A stretch of DNA of 64,000 nt from Chloroflexota bacterium (GTDB taxonomy: Bacteria; Chloroflexota; Dehalococcoidia; Lucifugimonadales; JADFKI01). Each line of letters starts with the position of its first letter. The stretch's first letter is position 1. The stretch spans positions 32,001-96,000 of the forward strand of contig JAQBUT010000002.1 in NCBI GenBank assembly GCA_027623195.1, written 5' to 3'. Made by a program: the position numbers and the translations under genes. Under the pieces are notes generated by a model that saw nothing but the letters and a program-made list of their open reading frames with translations, did no database searches and was not told the DNA's origin. Shown here piece by piece: positions 9,734 to 19,535 of the stretch.

Positions 9734-10450
9734 ATGGCGATCAATAAGGTCGTTGCCTCTTTCGCAGAGGCAGTAGCCGACATCCCCGACGGCGCGACAC
9801 TGATGTTGGACGGGTTTGCCGGCCCCGGCGGGACCTCACAGCATCTAATCAGAGCACTGCGAGACCACGGCGCCAGGGACCTGACCATCATCAGCAATAC
9901 CGGTGGACTGGCCAGTGTGATTGGCTTTGGAACGCTTCCTGGTGATCGGCCGGTGGACATTGGCATTCTCGTGGATAACGGGCAGGTCAGGAAGCTCGTG
10001 GCATCTTTCCCAGTCTCGCCTTCGCCGTCTCGACCTACGTCCTACGAGCTTGCATATAAAGAGGGTAAGGTTGAGCTTGAGCTGGTGCCGCAGGGAACGC
10101 TAGCGGAGCGGATACGGGCTGGCGGGGCCGGTATTGCCGGCTTTTACACGCCCACCGGAGCAGGCACCCAACTTGCGGAAGGTAAAGAAACTCGGACCTT
10201 CGACGGCAAAGATCACGTGTTGGAGCTTCCCTTAAAGGCCGACTTCGCACTGTTGCGTGGTAACAAGGCAGACGTTATGGGCAACGTTGTCTACAGGGGC
10301 ACATCGCGGAATTTCAACGGTGTGATGGCTACCGCGGCCGCCGTAACCATTATGGAAGTAGACGAGGTGGTGGAGGTCGGCGAGTTGGACATGCACGATA
10401 TTCATACACCTGGAATTTATGTAAATCGTATTGTGGAAATAAATAGTTAG
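9734..10450 (+). CDS. 3-oxoacid CoA-transferase subunit A
   Basis: INKVV, DIPDGAT, ELVPQGTLAERIRAGGAGIAGFYTPTG, IHTPGIYV. Confidence 0.93.
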   Translation: MAINKVVASFAEAVADIPDGATLMLDGFAGPGGTSQHLIRALRDHGARDLTIISNTGGLASVIGFGTLPGDRPVDIGILVDNGQVRKLVASFPVSPSPSRPTSYELAYKEGKVELELVPQGTLAERIRAGGAGIAGFYTPTGAGTQLAEGKETRTFDGKDHVLELPLKADFALLRGNKADVMGNVVYRGTSRNFNGVMATAAAVTIMEVDEVVEVGELDMHDIHTPGIYVNRIVEINS

Positions 10451-10469
10451 ACTCGAAAGGAGTATTTAA

Positions 10470-11384
10470 ATGAAGCTGGTATTTTTCGATGATTTTACTT
10501 TGGGAGTCCTGAAAGGTGACTCCGTGGTGGATGTCTCTGACGCTGTTAAAGACATACCGTACACCTTCCCGCAGGACCTGCTAGCCGGACTGATAGCCAG
10601 ATGGGACGACAAAAAGGGCCCGCTTCAGGCGTTCGTGGACAAGGCCTCAGGTGTGCCAACATCTTCTGTCAGGCTAAGGTCCCCGGTGCCGAAGCCACAC
10701 AACATTGATTGCATGGCCGTCAACTACATGGAAAACGGCACCCGGGCTGAGCCTGCACCTAAGAATGGCTTCCACAAGTCCCCCAGCGCGGTGATCGGTG
10801 ACGGCGACACCATCGTGCTGCCGGACGTTGCGGCAAGCATATTTGAGCACGAGGCCGAGTTAGGGCTGGTCATTAGCAAGAGGGCGTCCAACGTCAAGGC
10901 TGCCGACGCTTACGATTACATCTTTGGCTACATGAACTTCATCGACGTTTCCGCCCGTGGTGTCCCGGCTTTCTATCAGATGAAATCCCGCGAGACATTT
11001 GCTCCTATGGGGCCCTGGTTGGTTACGGCCGACGAAATCGCCGATCCGCAAAAACTGCCGGTGAAGCTCTGGGTCAACGGCAAGCTGATGCAGGACTTCA
11101 ACACCGACGACATGGCCCACAAGATCCCTCAGGTGATCGAATGGATTTCGTCCTTACACACGCTGGAGGCAGGCGACGTGGTAGCCACCGGCACCAACCA
11201 CCGCGGCCTCAGCGCCCTTCACGACGGCGATAAGATGGAGATAGAGGTCCAGGGCCTGGGCAGACTCCACAATGACGTTCGCGACGACCTGAAGCGCACC
11301 TGGTCCCGGGAGACCAGGCTGGACATCATGAACAGGGGCGGAGAGGGTACCACGCCTCAGCTTACCGGCAAGTACGCCAAGTAA
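10470..11384 (+). CDS. fumarylacetoacetate hydrolase family protein
   Basis: EHEAELGLVI, DVSAR, TFAPMGPWLVT, LEAGDVVATGT. Confidence 0.93.
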   Translation: MKLVFFDDFTLGVLKGDSVVDVSDAVKDIPYTFPQDLLAGLIARWDDKKGPLQAFVDKASGVPTSSVRLRSPVPKPHNIDCMAVNYMENGTRAEPAPKNGFHKSPSAVIGDGDTIVLPDVAASIFEHEAELGLVISKRASNVKAADAYDYIFGYMNFIDVSARGVPAFYQMKSRETFAPMGPWLVTADEIADPQKLPVKLWVNGKLMQDFNTDDMAHKIPQVIEWISSLHTLEAGDVVATGTNHRGLSALHDGDKMEIEVQGLGRLHNDVRDDLKRTWSRETRLDIMNRGGEGTTPQLTGKYAK

Positions 11385-11474
11385 TCGAAATTCGTTAAGA
11401 ACCTGGCTGCAGGGCTTCGCCTGGCTATGGAGCCCTGCGGCCTATCTGGACACTGAAACCGGAGCAACGTCCAA

Positions 11475-12143
11475 ATGGAAGAAAAGCTACGCCTGGATAG
11501 GGAGATCATCGCCATGCGGGTGGCCCGCGAGTTTCAGGATGGCGACGTGGTCAACCTGGGCATTGGCATACCTTCGCTATGTTCGCAGTTCGTGCCGGAA
11601 GGTAGAGAGGTGCTCTACCATAGCGAGAGCGGCGTTTTGAACTTCGGCCCCATGGCTGAGCCCGGTGAAGAGGACGCGGACCTGACCAACGCCAGTGGGC
11701 AGTTTCTAGCCTGGTATCCCGGCATGTCCTTCTTTCACTCTGCTGATGCCTTCGCCATGATTCGCGGCGGCCACATCGACGTGACTGTATTAGGCGCGCT
11801 GCAGGTGTCCGAGACCGGAGACCTGGCAAACTGGATGCTACCGGAACGGGGCATTGGAAACGTAGGCGGGGCTATGGATTTGGCTGCTGGAGCCAGGCGC
11901 GTCATTGTCGCCATGGAGCATTCCGACAGGAGCGGCGCATCCAAGATAGTGAAGAATTGCGATTACCCTCTAACGGGCAAAGGCTGCGTTGACACTATCG
12001 TAACCGACATCGCAGTCATAGAGGTCACGAGCGACGGCCTTTTGCTGAAAGAGGTGGCCCCTGGCTGGTCTGCTGAAGACGTGCAGGCGCTCACCGACGC
12101 CCGCCTAATCATCTCTCCTACGCTGCAGGACATCCAGCTCTAG
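11475..12143 (+). CDS. 3-oxoacid CoA-transferase subunit B
   Basis: VNLGIGIP, SESG (catalytic Glu), IRGGHIDVTVLG, GGAMDL. Confidence 0.93.
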   Translation: MEEKLRLDREIIAMRVAREFQDGDVVNLGIGIPSLCSQFVPEGREVLYHSESGVLNFGPMAEPGEEDADLTNASGQFLAWYPGMSFFHSADAFAMIRGGHIDVTVLGALQVSETGDLANWMLPERGIGNVGGAMDLAAGARRVIVAMEHSDRSGASKIVKNCDYPLTGKGCVDTIVTDIAVIEVTSDGLLLKEVAPGWSAEDVQALTDARLIISPTLQDIQL

Positions 12144-12264
12144 CATCTGATGCCAGTGACTAACGTGAATCCTAAGTGCATAATAATTGCCAATATACGA
12201 AACAATTTTCTTGATTTTGAGTTCCGGTGTCACCACGCCAATGGCGAATTAGAAAGGCCGTTAT

Positions 12265-12758
12265 TTGGCGGACGATGCCAGGGGGCTTGATGCGCAACCA
12301 ACCGATGACACCGGAGAAGTAAACTTCAATGAAGTCTCGGAGCTGACGGCATCCTCAGTCACCAAGACTCCAGCCTCCGGCGAAAGGGCCAGTTGGCGAC
12401 AGACCTTTAGCTCCCTCTCCAGCCCATCGTTCCTATTTTTCTGGTTAGGAATGCTTGGCATCATGGCCGGTATGCAGATGCAAATGCTGGCCCGTAGCTA
12501 CCTCACCTACGACCTCACTGGCTCGGCCACGCTGACAGGGGTTGTCGGAGCGGCCAATGCCTTGCCCATGCTATTCCTGTCGCTTTTCGGCGGAGCCATC
12601 GCGGATAGATTCGACCGGAAAGGCATCGTTCAGGTCGGTCAATTCCTTTTCGCCGTACTGTCGCTGGTCATCGGACTTGTGATCTTGTCCGGCGACATTA
12701 CCTGGCAGTACCTCATGGTGGGCGCCATTATCCAGGGGGCTGTCTTCTCCTTCATGAT
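12265..12758 (+). pseudogene. MFS transporter, N-terminal fragment only
   Basis: TM helices and GGAIADRFDRK motif A; homology stops at ...GAVFSFM, after which the frame reads antisense to the neighbouring gene. Confidence 0.75.
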
Positions 12759-13391
12759 ATCCGGTCCAATGGCGTCGACCACAGAGTCGCCCGTGCCCTG
12801 GCCGATACTCACTGCCAACTCTGCGACGTCACCTGCATGGGCTGGCTGCACCCGGTACTGGCCTGTTCCGAATATGGGGAAGATTCGAAAGTTTCGCAGC
12901 GACCAGGCGATATTGTTCAGCAGGATATCCTCTTTGCCGAATATTAACGCTGGCCTGACGATGCCATAGGAAAGCCCGGAGTTCATGACGGCCTGCTCTT
13001 GCAAGGCTTTGCCTTTGAAGTACGGCAGAGGAGAGTCTAGTGAGGGGTTGGTTACGCTGATCTGCACTATCCGTCGAATGCCCGCGGCTCTGGCGGCCTT
13101 GACCAGCGTTCTCGTGTTCCTGACGGCGGTGGCGTGACTTACCTGGCCTTTTGCGAATCGCACCCAGTAGGTGTTGTAGAGGACTGATGCGCCCTCCAGG
13201 CTCTTGGCCAAGCGGGCGGGATCGTCGAAGTCGTAGGGCATTGCCTGGACCTGCCCCTGGAACGGGTCATCCCTTTTCGGATGACCCGTCAGCGTCTTCA
13301 CGGGAACGCCGCGTCTCAAGAGTTCATTGGCTATGTATTTGCCGGTGTAGCTGAAGGCGCCGGTTACAATGCTGAAATCGTCAGATGGCAT
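12756..13391 (-). pseudogene. NAD-dependent epimerase/dehydratase (atypical SDR), 3'-truncated
   Basis: VTGAFSYTG, YFKGK, IVRPALIFG; homology ends at VDAIGPDI, and the ORF tail to 12639 is antisense MFS sequence. Confidence 0.75.
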
Positions 13392-13421
13392 AGCCTTCCT
13401 AATACCCTGGCGGAGGAGCCA

Positions 13422-14048
13422 CTACGCCCACGGTACCTCGGTTGGGGGCGGCCTCTTCGCGTCACGAAGTAGTTCCACTAACTCCCCTAGCAAGGCCGCT
13501 GTTGAGAGCTCCCACCAGTCCCGTCGATTGCGTTTCATGGTCCAATTGAAGACCTTCATGGACCAGGGGCGCTGAGCGTCCCCTTCGTCAAGAGGGAAGA
13601 ACAGACGGGGCGAGCGGAGACAGTCTACCATGACGGAAACTTCCGGTCGCTCGAACTCCATGTTTTGAGACCACCCAAGGACGAACCAGTCTCGAATCCT
13701 ATCCATCATCATAAGTTCTTTCACCATGGCCATGTCTATGATGCCCAGGCGGTACGCCCAGGAAACGGCCTCGGTGTTCGACGTCTTGTGGAACTTTCGA
13801 TAGCCCTGAATCTTGACAGTGGTTATCTCCAGCAGTTCCTTGACGTGCTCTTCCAGAAGAACGCCTGCGTTGACGACTGCCGACCGGGGGTCTGCAGTCA
13901 TGAGCTCCCGCATGTGTGGAGCGATACGTCTCTCTTCAACCCAGAGGTGGAACTGCGGCAGGTCGTCCTGGAATCGCCGAATTGGATCGTCTTCAACCAC
14001 TTGCAGAGGCTGATTGCGGTTCACGAGCGAGGTTATAGGTGAGATCAT
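13422..14048 (-). CDS. hypothetical protein, MtlR/HEPN-like helical fold
   Basis: AAGGAG RBS before ATG 14048; DPRSAVV..GVLLEE..K.LL and AYRLGII....ELM..DRIRDWF pattern. Confidence 0.6.
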   Translation of the reverse strand: MISPITSLVNRNQPLQVVEDDPIRRFQDDLPQFHLWVEERRIAPHMRELMTADPRSAVVNAGVLLEEHVKELLEITTVKIQGYRKFHKTSNTEAVSWAYRLGIIDMAMVKELMMMDRIRDWFVLGWSQNMEFERPEVSVMVDCLRSPRLFFPLDEGDAQRPWSMKVFNWTMKRNRRDWWELSTAALLGELVELLRDAKRPPPTEVPWA

Positions 14049-14168
14049 CTTTTGCTCCTTTGCAGGGGATTTCAAACAGCTTAATTGCTGCACCGAATGC
14101 AAATGGTTGGGACGGAGGGTGAAAGAGGGTTGTCTACCGCATGGTGATATCCGGCCGCCAGATGATTG

Positions 14169-16763
14169 CTATTGTACGATAGAGAACGTGGAGCCCGTTT
14201 GGCCTTTGTGGACCTCTATTCTGACCGGGAAAGCGTCTTTGACCTGCTCTATGTGGGTGATGACGATAATCCTCTTGAAATCGTCTTGAATGGACTGAAT
14301 GGCTTCCGTTAGGCGTTCCTGGCCGATGCGGTCTTGGGAGCCGAAACCTTCGTCTATGAACAGTATGGGAAGAGGCGCTCCCGACCTGCGGGCCAGCAGC
14401 TTGGACAGCGCGATACGCAGCGCGAAGTTGATTCGAAAGGACTCGCCGCCGCTAAAAGTCTCGTAGCTGCGGGTGCCAACCTCGTCCGCTATCCTAATGT
14501 CTAACTCTTCTGAGGGCTGACCTGTGATGCGGTCCCGACGCCCCTCCCGAAGCTCCAGCTTAAGGAACATTCGGTTCTCTGTAAGCCTGCCCAGGATTTC
14601 ATTGGCCTCAGCCTCAAGCTGGGGCATGGCGCTCTCTATTATCAGGGCCTGCACCCCATTCTTCCCGAAGGCTGCCGTTAGCTCATCGTAAATGGCCTTC
14701 TCACCAACCATTTGTCGCAGCTGTTGTTCCTGTTCCCTGACCTCGTTGGCAAGGGTCTCACAACGCTGAATTTGCTGCAGCAGTATGCCCTGGCGTACCT
14801 GGACCTCGTCCCTCTGCTTGGCCAGCAGCGAATGTTGGGCCTGCACCTGCTGCAGGTGGACTTCCAGCTGGGGCAAGACCTTCATCTCTTCCAGGAGCGC
14901 CACGATTCGCACCGTCGCCTCCTGGATCTCAGCATGACGTCTCTCTAGCATCTGGCGAGCGGACTCCAACGCGCTTTTCTGCGCTGGCAGGTTTGCCTCC
15001 GCCTCAGACAGTCGGCGGTGCAAGTCTCGATACGGCTCTAGCGTGCGAATACTTTCCCGTGATATCTCGTGGCGTTGGGCGTCGTAGCCCAATGCAGCCA
15101 ACTCAGACTCCACCAGGTGTACCTGGCGTCTCTCTTCGACGGCGTATGCCTTGCCTCGTAAGGCCTGCTCCACCAGCGTCAGTTCTGAGCCAACCAGTTT
15201 AAGGTCTTCCTCTGCTTTGTGGGAATCCGCCTGGTCACGTTGCAGGTTTACCATTCTGGTCTGAAGCTGCTGTCGACCGGAACGTACTTCAAGTTCCATC
15301 TTGGAAACCCGAGCGGTCAACTCTTTCTGCTGGCTCTCCAATGCCTTTTGTTCGGCCTGGTTTGCTATGTAGGCCGCCCGCCCATCCTGGCCGACTCGCC
15401 GGTACTCGCTTTGGAGATGCTCCTGGCCCTCTGCCCCCAGCGCTTGATTGCATAGCGGACAGGTGGCGTCGCCTTGCTTCAGCATGTCGAACTTCAGCCG
15501 TGTGTCCTCCATGGATTGCCGCAAACGTACGTTCTCCTCGCCCAACGAGCGCACCCTGACGGCCATGTCTTCGGCGGTGGCCTGCTGCTTCGTTAGCTCG
15601 GCCTCCCGCTGCTCCAGGGCGGCCTGCTCCTGCTGCAATGCGTTCAGGCTGTCAACTATCATCGGCAGTCGCTGGGCCAGAGGCTTCAACTCATTGGCGA
15701 TTCTTGTTTTTAGCTGGGTTGCCTGCGCCGAAAGCGTTGCCTCCTGGCGCGCGATCTCCTGCTCTGCCTGAGCCTTTTGGCCGTCTAGCTGACTCTTGCG
15801 ACCTAGCGCCTGGTTAAGACGATCTAGCTCCGCAGTGCCCGTTTCCAGGGCGGCGTAGTTCTCCATTATCTCTGCGCGTCTGATCTGGACCGCTTCGTGG
15901 TTTGCGACAGATAACTCGTAGGCCTTCACCTGGCGTTCCACGTCGGCCACTTCTGCCTGGGCGCTGTTCATGCGGCCCTGGGTGAGTTCCATGTCTCCGC
16001 GTTTTGATTGCAACCCCTGCACGCTGAGATTAAGCTCATCGACTTTCAGCCTGAGGGCGTCGACATCAGGGGTCAGCCTTAGAAGCTCTCCTTTGGCTTG
16101 CTCTAACCTCTCTTGAAATTCGGGAAGCTGTGCGATTTCCGAGCGTCGAAGCTCCACAGCGTTCTCCGCGTTGCGAATGCTCTCCTGATTTTCCCGGCCT
16201 CTGGCCCTGGCGCGCTCCTCCAGCCGCTGGTAGTAGGAGAGGTCCAGAACTTCGGCAAGACAGGCCTTACGCTCAGACGGCGTGCTGCGGGTGAACTGGT
16301 CTGCCCTACCCTGCAGAAGGAATGCCGTGTTGGTGAAGGTGTCGTAGTCCATGTGCAGGATTTCGATGATTCGCCGCTGGGTGTCCCGCATGGTGTTGCC
16401 CGTAATAGGGGAAAAGCTGTCGTCGTCGCCGCCCTCATCGGATGCTACTTGTAGCTCTAACAGCGTCGAGCCCTGTCGGCTGCGACCTGAGCGGGAGTGC
16501 CTTCTGCTTACGCGGTACGTCTGGCCCTGGGAGAGGAACTCAAGCTCCACAGCCATGTCCTGCTGGCCCTGGTGGACTAGCTCCTCCTGAGTGCGGGCCC
16601 TGGACTCTCCCCACAAGGCCCATGTGATGGCGTCCAGCAGGGCGGACTTGCCGTTGCCATTGTCTCCGCACAGGCAAGCGATGTGAATGCTGCGGAAGTC
16701 CAGCGTCGGGACGTCCTCGCGGTAGCACATGAAGTTCTTGACGGTAAGCTTTAGGGGAATCAC
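14169..16763 (-). CDS. sbcC: SbcC/Rad50 SMC-family ATPase
   Basis: Walker A GDNGNGKS, LLQG Q-loop, long coiled coil with CPLC zinc hook, FSGGE signature, FIDEGFGSQD, ITH. Confidence 0.92.
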   Translation of the reverse strand: MIPLKLTVKNFMCYREDVPTLDFRSIHIACLCGDNGNGKSALLDAITWALWGESRARTQEELVHQGQQDMAVELEFLSQGQTYRVSRRHSRSGRSRQGSTLLELQVASDEGGDDDSFSPITGNTMRDTQRRIIEILHMDYDTFTNTAFLLQGRADQFTRSTPSERKACLAEVLDLSYYQRLEERARARGRENQESIRNAENAVELRRSEIAQLPEFQERLEQAKGELLRLTPDVDALRLKVDELNLSVQGLQSKRGDMELTQGRMNSAQAEVADVERQVKAYELSVANHEAVQIRRAEIMENYAALETGTAELDRLNQALGRKSQLDGQKAQAEQEIARQEATLSAQATQLKTRIANELKPLAQRLPMIVDSLNALQQEQAALEQREAELTKQQATAEDMAVRVRSLGEENVRLRQSMEDTRLKFDMLKQGDATCPLCNQALGAEGQEHLQSEYRRVGQDGRAAYIANQAEQKALESQQKELTARVSKMELEVRSGRQQLQTRMVNLQRDQADSHKAEEDLKLVGSELTLVEQALRGKAYAVEERRQVHLVESELAALGYDAQRHEISRESIRTLEPYRDLHRRLSEAEANLPAQKSALESARQMLERRHAEIQEATVRIVALLEEMKVLPQLEVHLQQVQAQHSLLAKQRDEVQVRQGILLQQIQRCETLANEVREQEQQLRQMVGEKAIYDELTAAFGKNGVQALIIESAMPQLEAEANEILGRLTENRMFLKLELREGRRDRITGQPSEELDIRIADEVGTRSYETFSGGESFRINFALRIALSKLLARRSGAPLPILFIDEGFGSQDRIGQERLTEAIQSIQDDFKRIIVITHIEQVKDAFPVRIEVHKGQTGSTFSIVQ

Positions 16764-16977
16764 CGTCTCATTTTATTCTTTTTTTGGACTGTGGGCGAGG
16801 CAATACGAAGGTGGCTGAAGTGGCCGCTCAATTTCCCTGCCGTCCCGTATCGTCCCAACCTGGCGTGGTTCACTATTTACGACTCTAAGAGGCGGCAGGA
16901 AACTGAATTGCTGTCTTGCGCTATGCAGTCAAAGGCTCCGAATACGCCAGCACTTGCTGGTTTCCAATGTATCTGGC

Positions 16978-17853
16978 TTAACCGAGGTGCTGGTGGATGA
17001 ACGCGGTCATCAACTCTAGCGTCTCCTTGGCAATTGGCAGGGAGAGATCTTTCAGCAAGCCTTCGCCTTCGTATTCGTCTCCGAAGAAGGTAACGTCTAT
17101 TTGGCCGCCTGCTTTTCGGTATTGCGTGATGAACTCGTCCAAGTCCGGGCGCGGATGCGACGCCTCGTATTCGCGTGCCAGAGACAGCATTGGTGGCAGG
17201 GAAGTGCGCTCACCCCGTTCCAGGATCCGCGCAGGAGTTCCCTCAATCATGGCCTCTTCAGTCAGCCAGTACTGCTCATGGAAAGGCGGCACCCGTTCGG
17301 CCATTCCGGCTGGCGGGGTCAGGTCAGGTCGCAGGCCCTTGGCATACTGGTAGCGGCCTAGCGGATCGGTCAAGGGGGAGACCAGAATCGCGCAACCCAC
17401 TGATCCGTCCACCGCAGCAGAGCCTGCCGGGAGTGGCAAGGCGGCGTAGCGTGCATCATCCGGGCGCAATCCAAGCAGCATTGACTGGTGTCCGCCAGTA
17501 GAAGTGCCCATGACGCCGATGGAACCCGGGATACCGTTCCACGACTCGGCCTGGGTCTTGCACCACCGAATCCCATAGTTTATGTCGGCCAGAGATGCAG
17601 GGTATGACGCTACCGGAGGAACGCGAAAATCCAGCGCCACCACGATTACGCCATTCTTGGCCAGCGCTTTGTTGGGTGCGTCTTCATCGTGACGATTTCC
17701 ATTAACCCAGGCCCCGCCGTGCAGTTCGACCATGATCGGGAATGGTCCGGTACCGCGGGGTTTGAAGAGACGAGCCATGAAGGGTGTATCGCCGTGCTGG
17801 AGATATTCGACGTCCGCGACATCGACTTCATAAGATTGCGTGCTGGTAGTGAT
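16978..17853 (-). CDS. alpha/beta hydrolase (HSL-type esterase)
   Basis: HGGAW oxyanion motif, DFRVPP..YPA, GTSTGG nucleophile; likely start is ATC 17853 behind AAGGAG (the first ATG is 17778). Confidence 0.85.
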   Translation of the reverse strand: MTTSTQSYEVDVADVEYLQHGDTPFMARLFKPRGTGPFPIMVELHGGAWVNGNRHDEDAPNKALAKNGVIVVALDFRVPPVASYPASLADINYGIRWCKTQAESWNGIPGSIGVMGTSTGGHQSMLLGLRPDDARYAALPLPAGSAAVDGSVGCAILVSPLTDPLGRYQYAKGLRPDLTPPAGMAERVPPFHEQYWLTEEAMIEGTPARILERGERTSLPPMLSLAREYEASHPRPDLDEFITQYRKAGGQIDVTFFGDEYEGEGLLKDLSLPIAKETLELMTAFIHQHLG

Positions 17854-18026
17854 GTGAGGCTCCTTTTTTAGGTGTGCTGTGGGACTTACTTCGGCTCAGA
17901 TTACATGTCGTGGGCATCTTGGTCAAGCTGCCGAGTCGACCATGCCAAAACTGTTACCCCTGTTACCCAAGTAAGGAGACCCGCACCTGCTCAATTCAGA
18001 GATTTTTTTTCGGGTTTGTCTGTCGG

Positions 18027-18677
18027 TTAGTCGGTCGGAGAATCGCCTGATTTCTCCGGCTTATCGAAGTACGGCAGGGGCAGTTCGCCGCGCAGCAGCC
18101 TGAAGACCAGCGGCACCCGTTTGTTGTGGCCGGTGGACAGCGGCGGCAACTCGTCTTCAGCGAAAAAGCCGACGTCGGTAGTCTCTGGTAGGGAGTGCAC
18201 CGGATCGCCATCTGGAGCGTCCACCAGGAAGGTGGCGGTATATATCTGGGCCATGACTTGGTCTCGCCATCGCAGGGAGTCGAAGATTCCTAGCATACGC
18301 GTCACCTCTCCCACAATGCCAGCCTCCTCCTGTAACTCCCGCTGGGCCGTTCGCGCAATGGTTTCGCCCACGTCCGTGAAGCCGCCCGGCATGGCCCACA
18401 AGCCATTGTCGCCCCGCCTGATGAGCAGGATTTTGCCATCGCGAATCACCACGGCCTCCCCGCCGCAGTTGGGACTTACGTGGCTCAGGTTGTCCTGGTA
18501 GATTGCCAACACGTCGGCCGGGTCGCGACCATCAGCCGCGCTAACAAGCCGGGCGCTCAGGGCAAGGATGCGCTCGTACCGCTCCCGGTCGTAGGCCTCT
18601 TCGGTAAAGCGCAATCCCATGTCTGCAATGGACCGCAATTCGTCGGCGATGGTGTAAAGGGGGCCGGGTGTAGTCAT
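18027..18677 (-). CDS. NUDIX hydrolase with N-terminal helical domain (YjhB-like)
   Basis: GL.F....YDRERY N-domain; WAMPGG...GE....AQRELQEEAG Nudix box. Confidence 0.92.
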   Translation of the reverse strand: MTTPGPLYTIADELRSIADMGLRFTEEAYDRERYERILALSARLVSAADGRDPADVLAIYQDNLSHVSPNCGGEAVVIRDGKILLIRRGDNGLWAMPGGFTDVGETIARTAQRELQEEAGIVGEVTRMLGIFDSLRWRDQVMAQIYTATFLVDAPDGDPVHSLPETTDVGFFAEDELPPLSTGHNKRVPLVFRLLRGELPLPYFDKPEKSGDSPTD

Positions 18678-18839
18678 CGAGGTTCAGCCTTCATCTAGCA
18701 ATAATAGATTCATAAACCGTATTCTTAATAGGTTTTCGACACCCTGTTATTAAAGTAACCACATACTGTGCGTTTATCTGATTGCGAGTGTATCCAGAAG
18801 GGAGTTCAGAAAATGAAGGAAGTGCTGATAGCAGTGCAG

Positions 18840-19529
18840 CTAAGTGTAAGATTCGAGCTTTTCTAACCAGCTTCCAAAAATCGGGCATTCCTGACGGATG
18901 ACCTCAAGACCGATTGCGCTTGCCGCTTGACTACCATGCAAAGGCTTATGATAGCCTTGAGCCAATGCCACAATTCGATGTGAAGGTGATGTCGAAGGCG
19001 AGTCGTTGATCTCTTCTGGACTAGCAAATTGGTTCCTGATTTCCATGAATGGCGAGGATAATTCGGCTCTTCCGATACTTTTCGCTAACATAATCGGGCT
19101 GCTGAACAATAAACCCTCGAATTCGTGCATCATGATGTAAGGAATGAAACGATCAACATCAAAACTAGCACCCATTTCCTTGCAGATGTCAGTTTTGATG
19201 GCATCTGCGACGGCAGTGGCCTTTTGACCAACTGCGAGATTGGTCGTTACATCCCTGCCCGGCCACGCTTTGCTACCAGTCTCGGGCATTCCGTAGAAGT
19301 CGACCATGGTGGTCGAAATGCTCCTCGAATCTTCTTTGAGATGCCGGAGAATGTCTTGGCGGACCGAGCCCCAGGGTTTAACCCCACCGCGCTTAGAGCG
19401 AAGGCGGGCGTTTCCGAAAAGCCGTGCGCTCACGCTCTCGTAACCGCATTGGTAAAGATGCGGGGCGAGCACGTCACTGACGAACCTTTCTTCAGTCTGC
19501 CCTTCGACGTGGATAAATAGCCTGGTCAT
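18840..19529 (-). CDS. DUF4276-family TOPRIM-like protein
   Basis: IHVEGQTEE.F, TTMVDFYG, HEFEGLLFS, PEEIND, SPSHRI. Confidence 0.85.
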   Translation of the reverse strand: MTRLFIHVEGQTEERFVSDVLAPHLYQCGYESVSARLFGNARLRSKRGGVKPWGSVRQDILRHLKEDSRSISTTMVDFYGMPETGSKAWPGRDVTTNLAVGQKATAVADAIKTDICKEMGASFDVDRFIPYIMMHEFEGLLFSSPIMLAKSIGRAELSSPFMEIRNQFASPEEINDSPSTSPSHRIVALAQGYHKPLHGSQAASAIGLEVIRQECPIFGSWLEKLESYT

Positions 19530-19535
19530 TTTGAA

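Noticed and set aside
12755..14154. TGATATCCGG occurs at both the truncation junction and 14145, suggesting a target-site duplication
   Set aside because: 10-nt matches are expected by chance in 64 kb, and the MFS gene does not resume after 14154
18691..18888. 65-aa ORF downstream of the DUF4276 gene as a third system component
   Set aside because: It overlaps DUF4276 out of frame, with no RBS or recognisable motif
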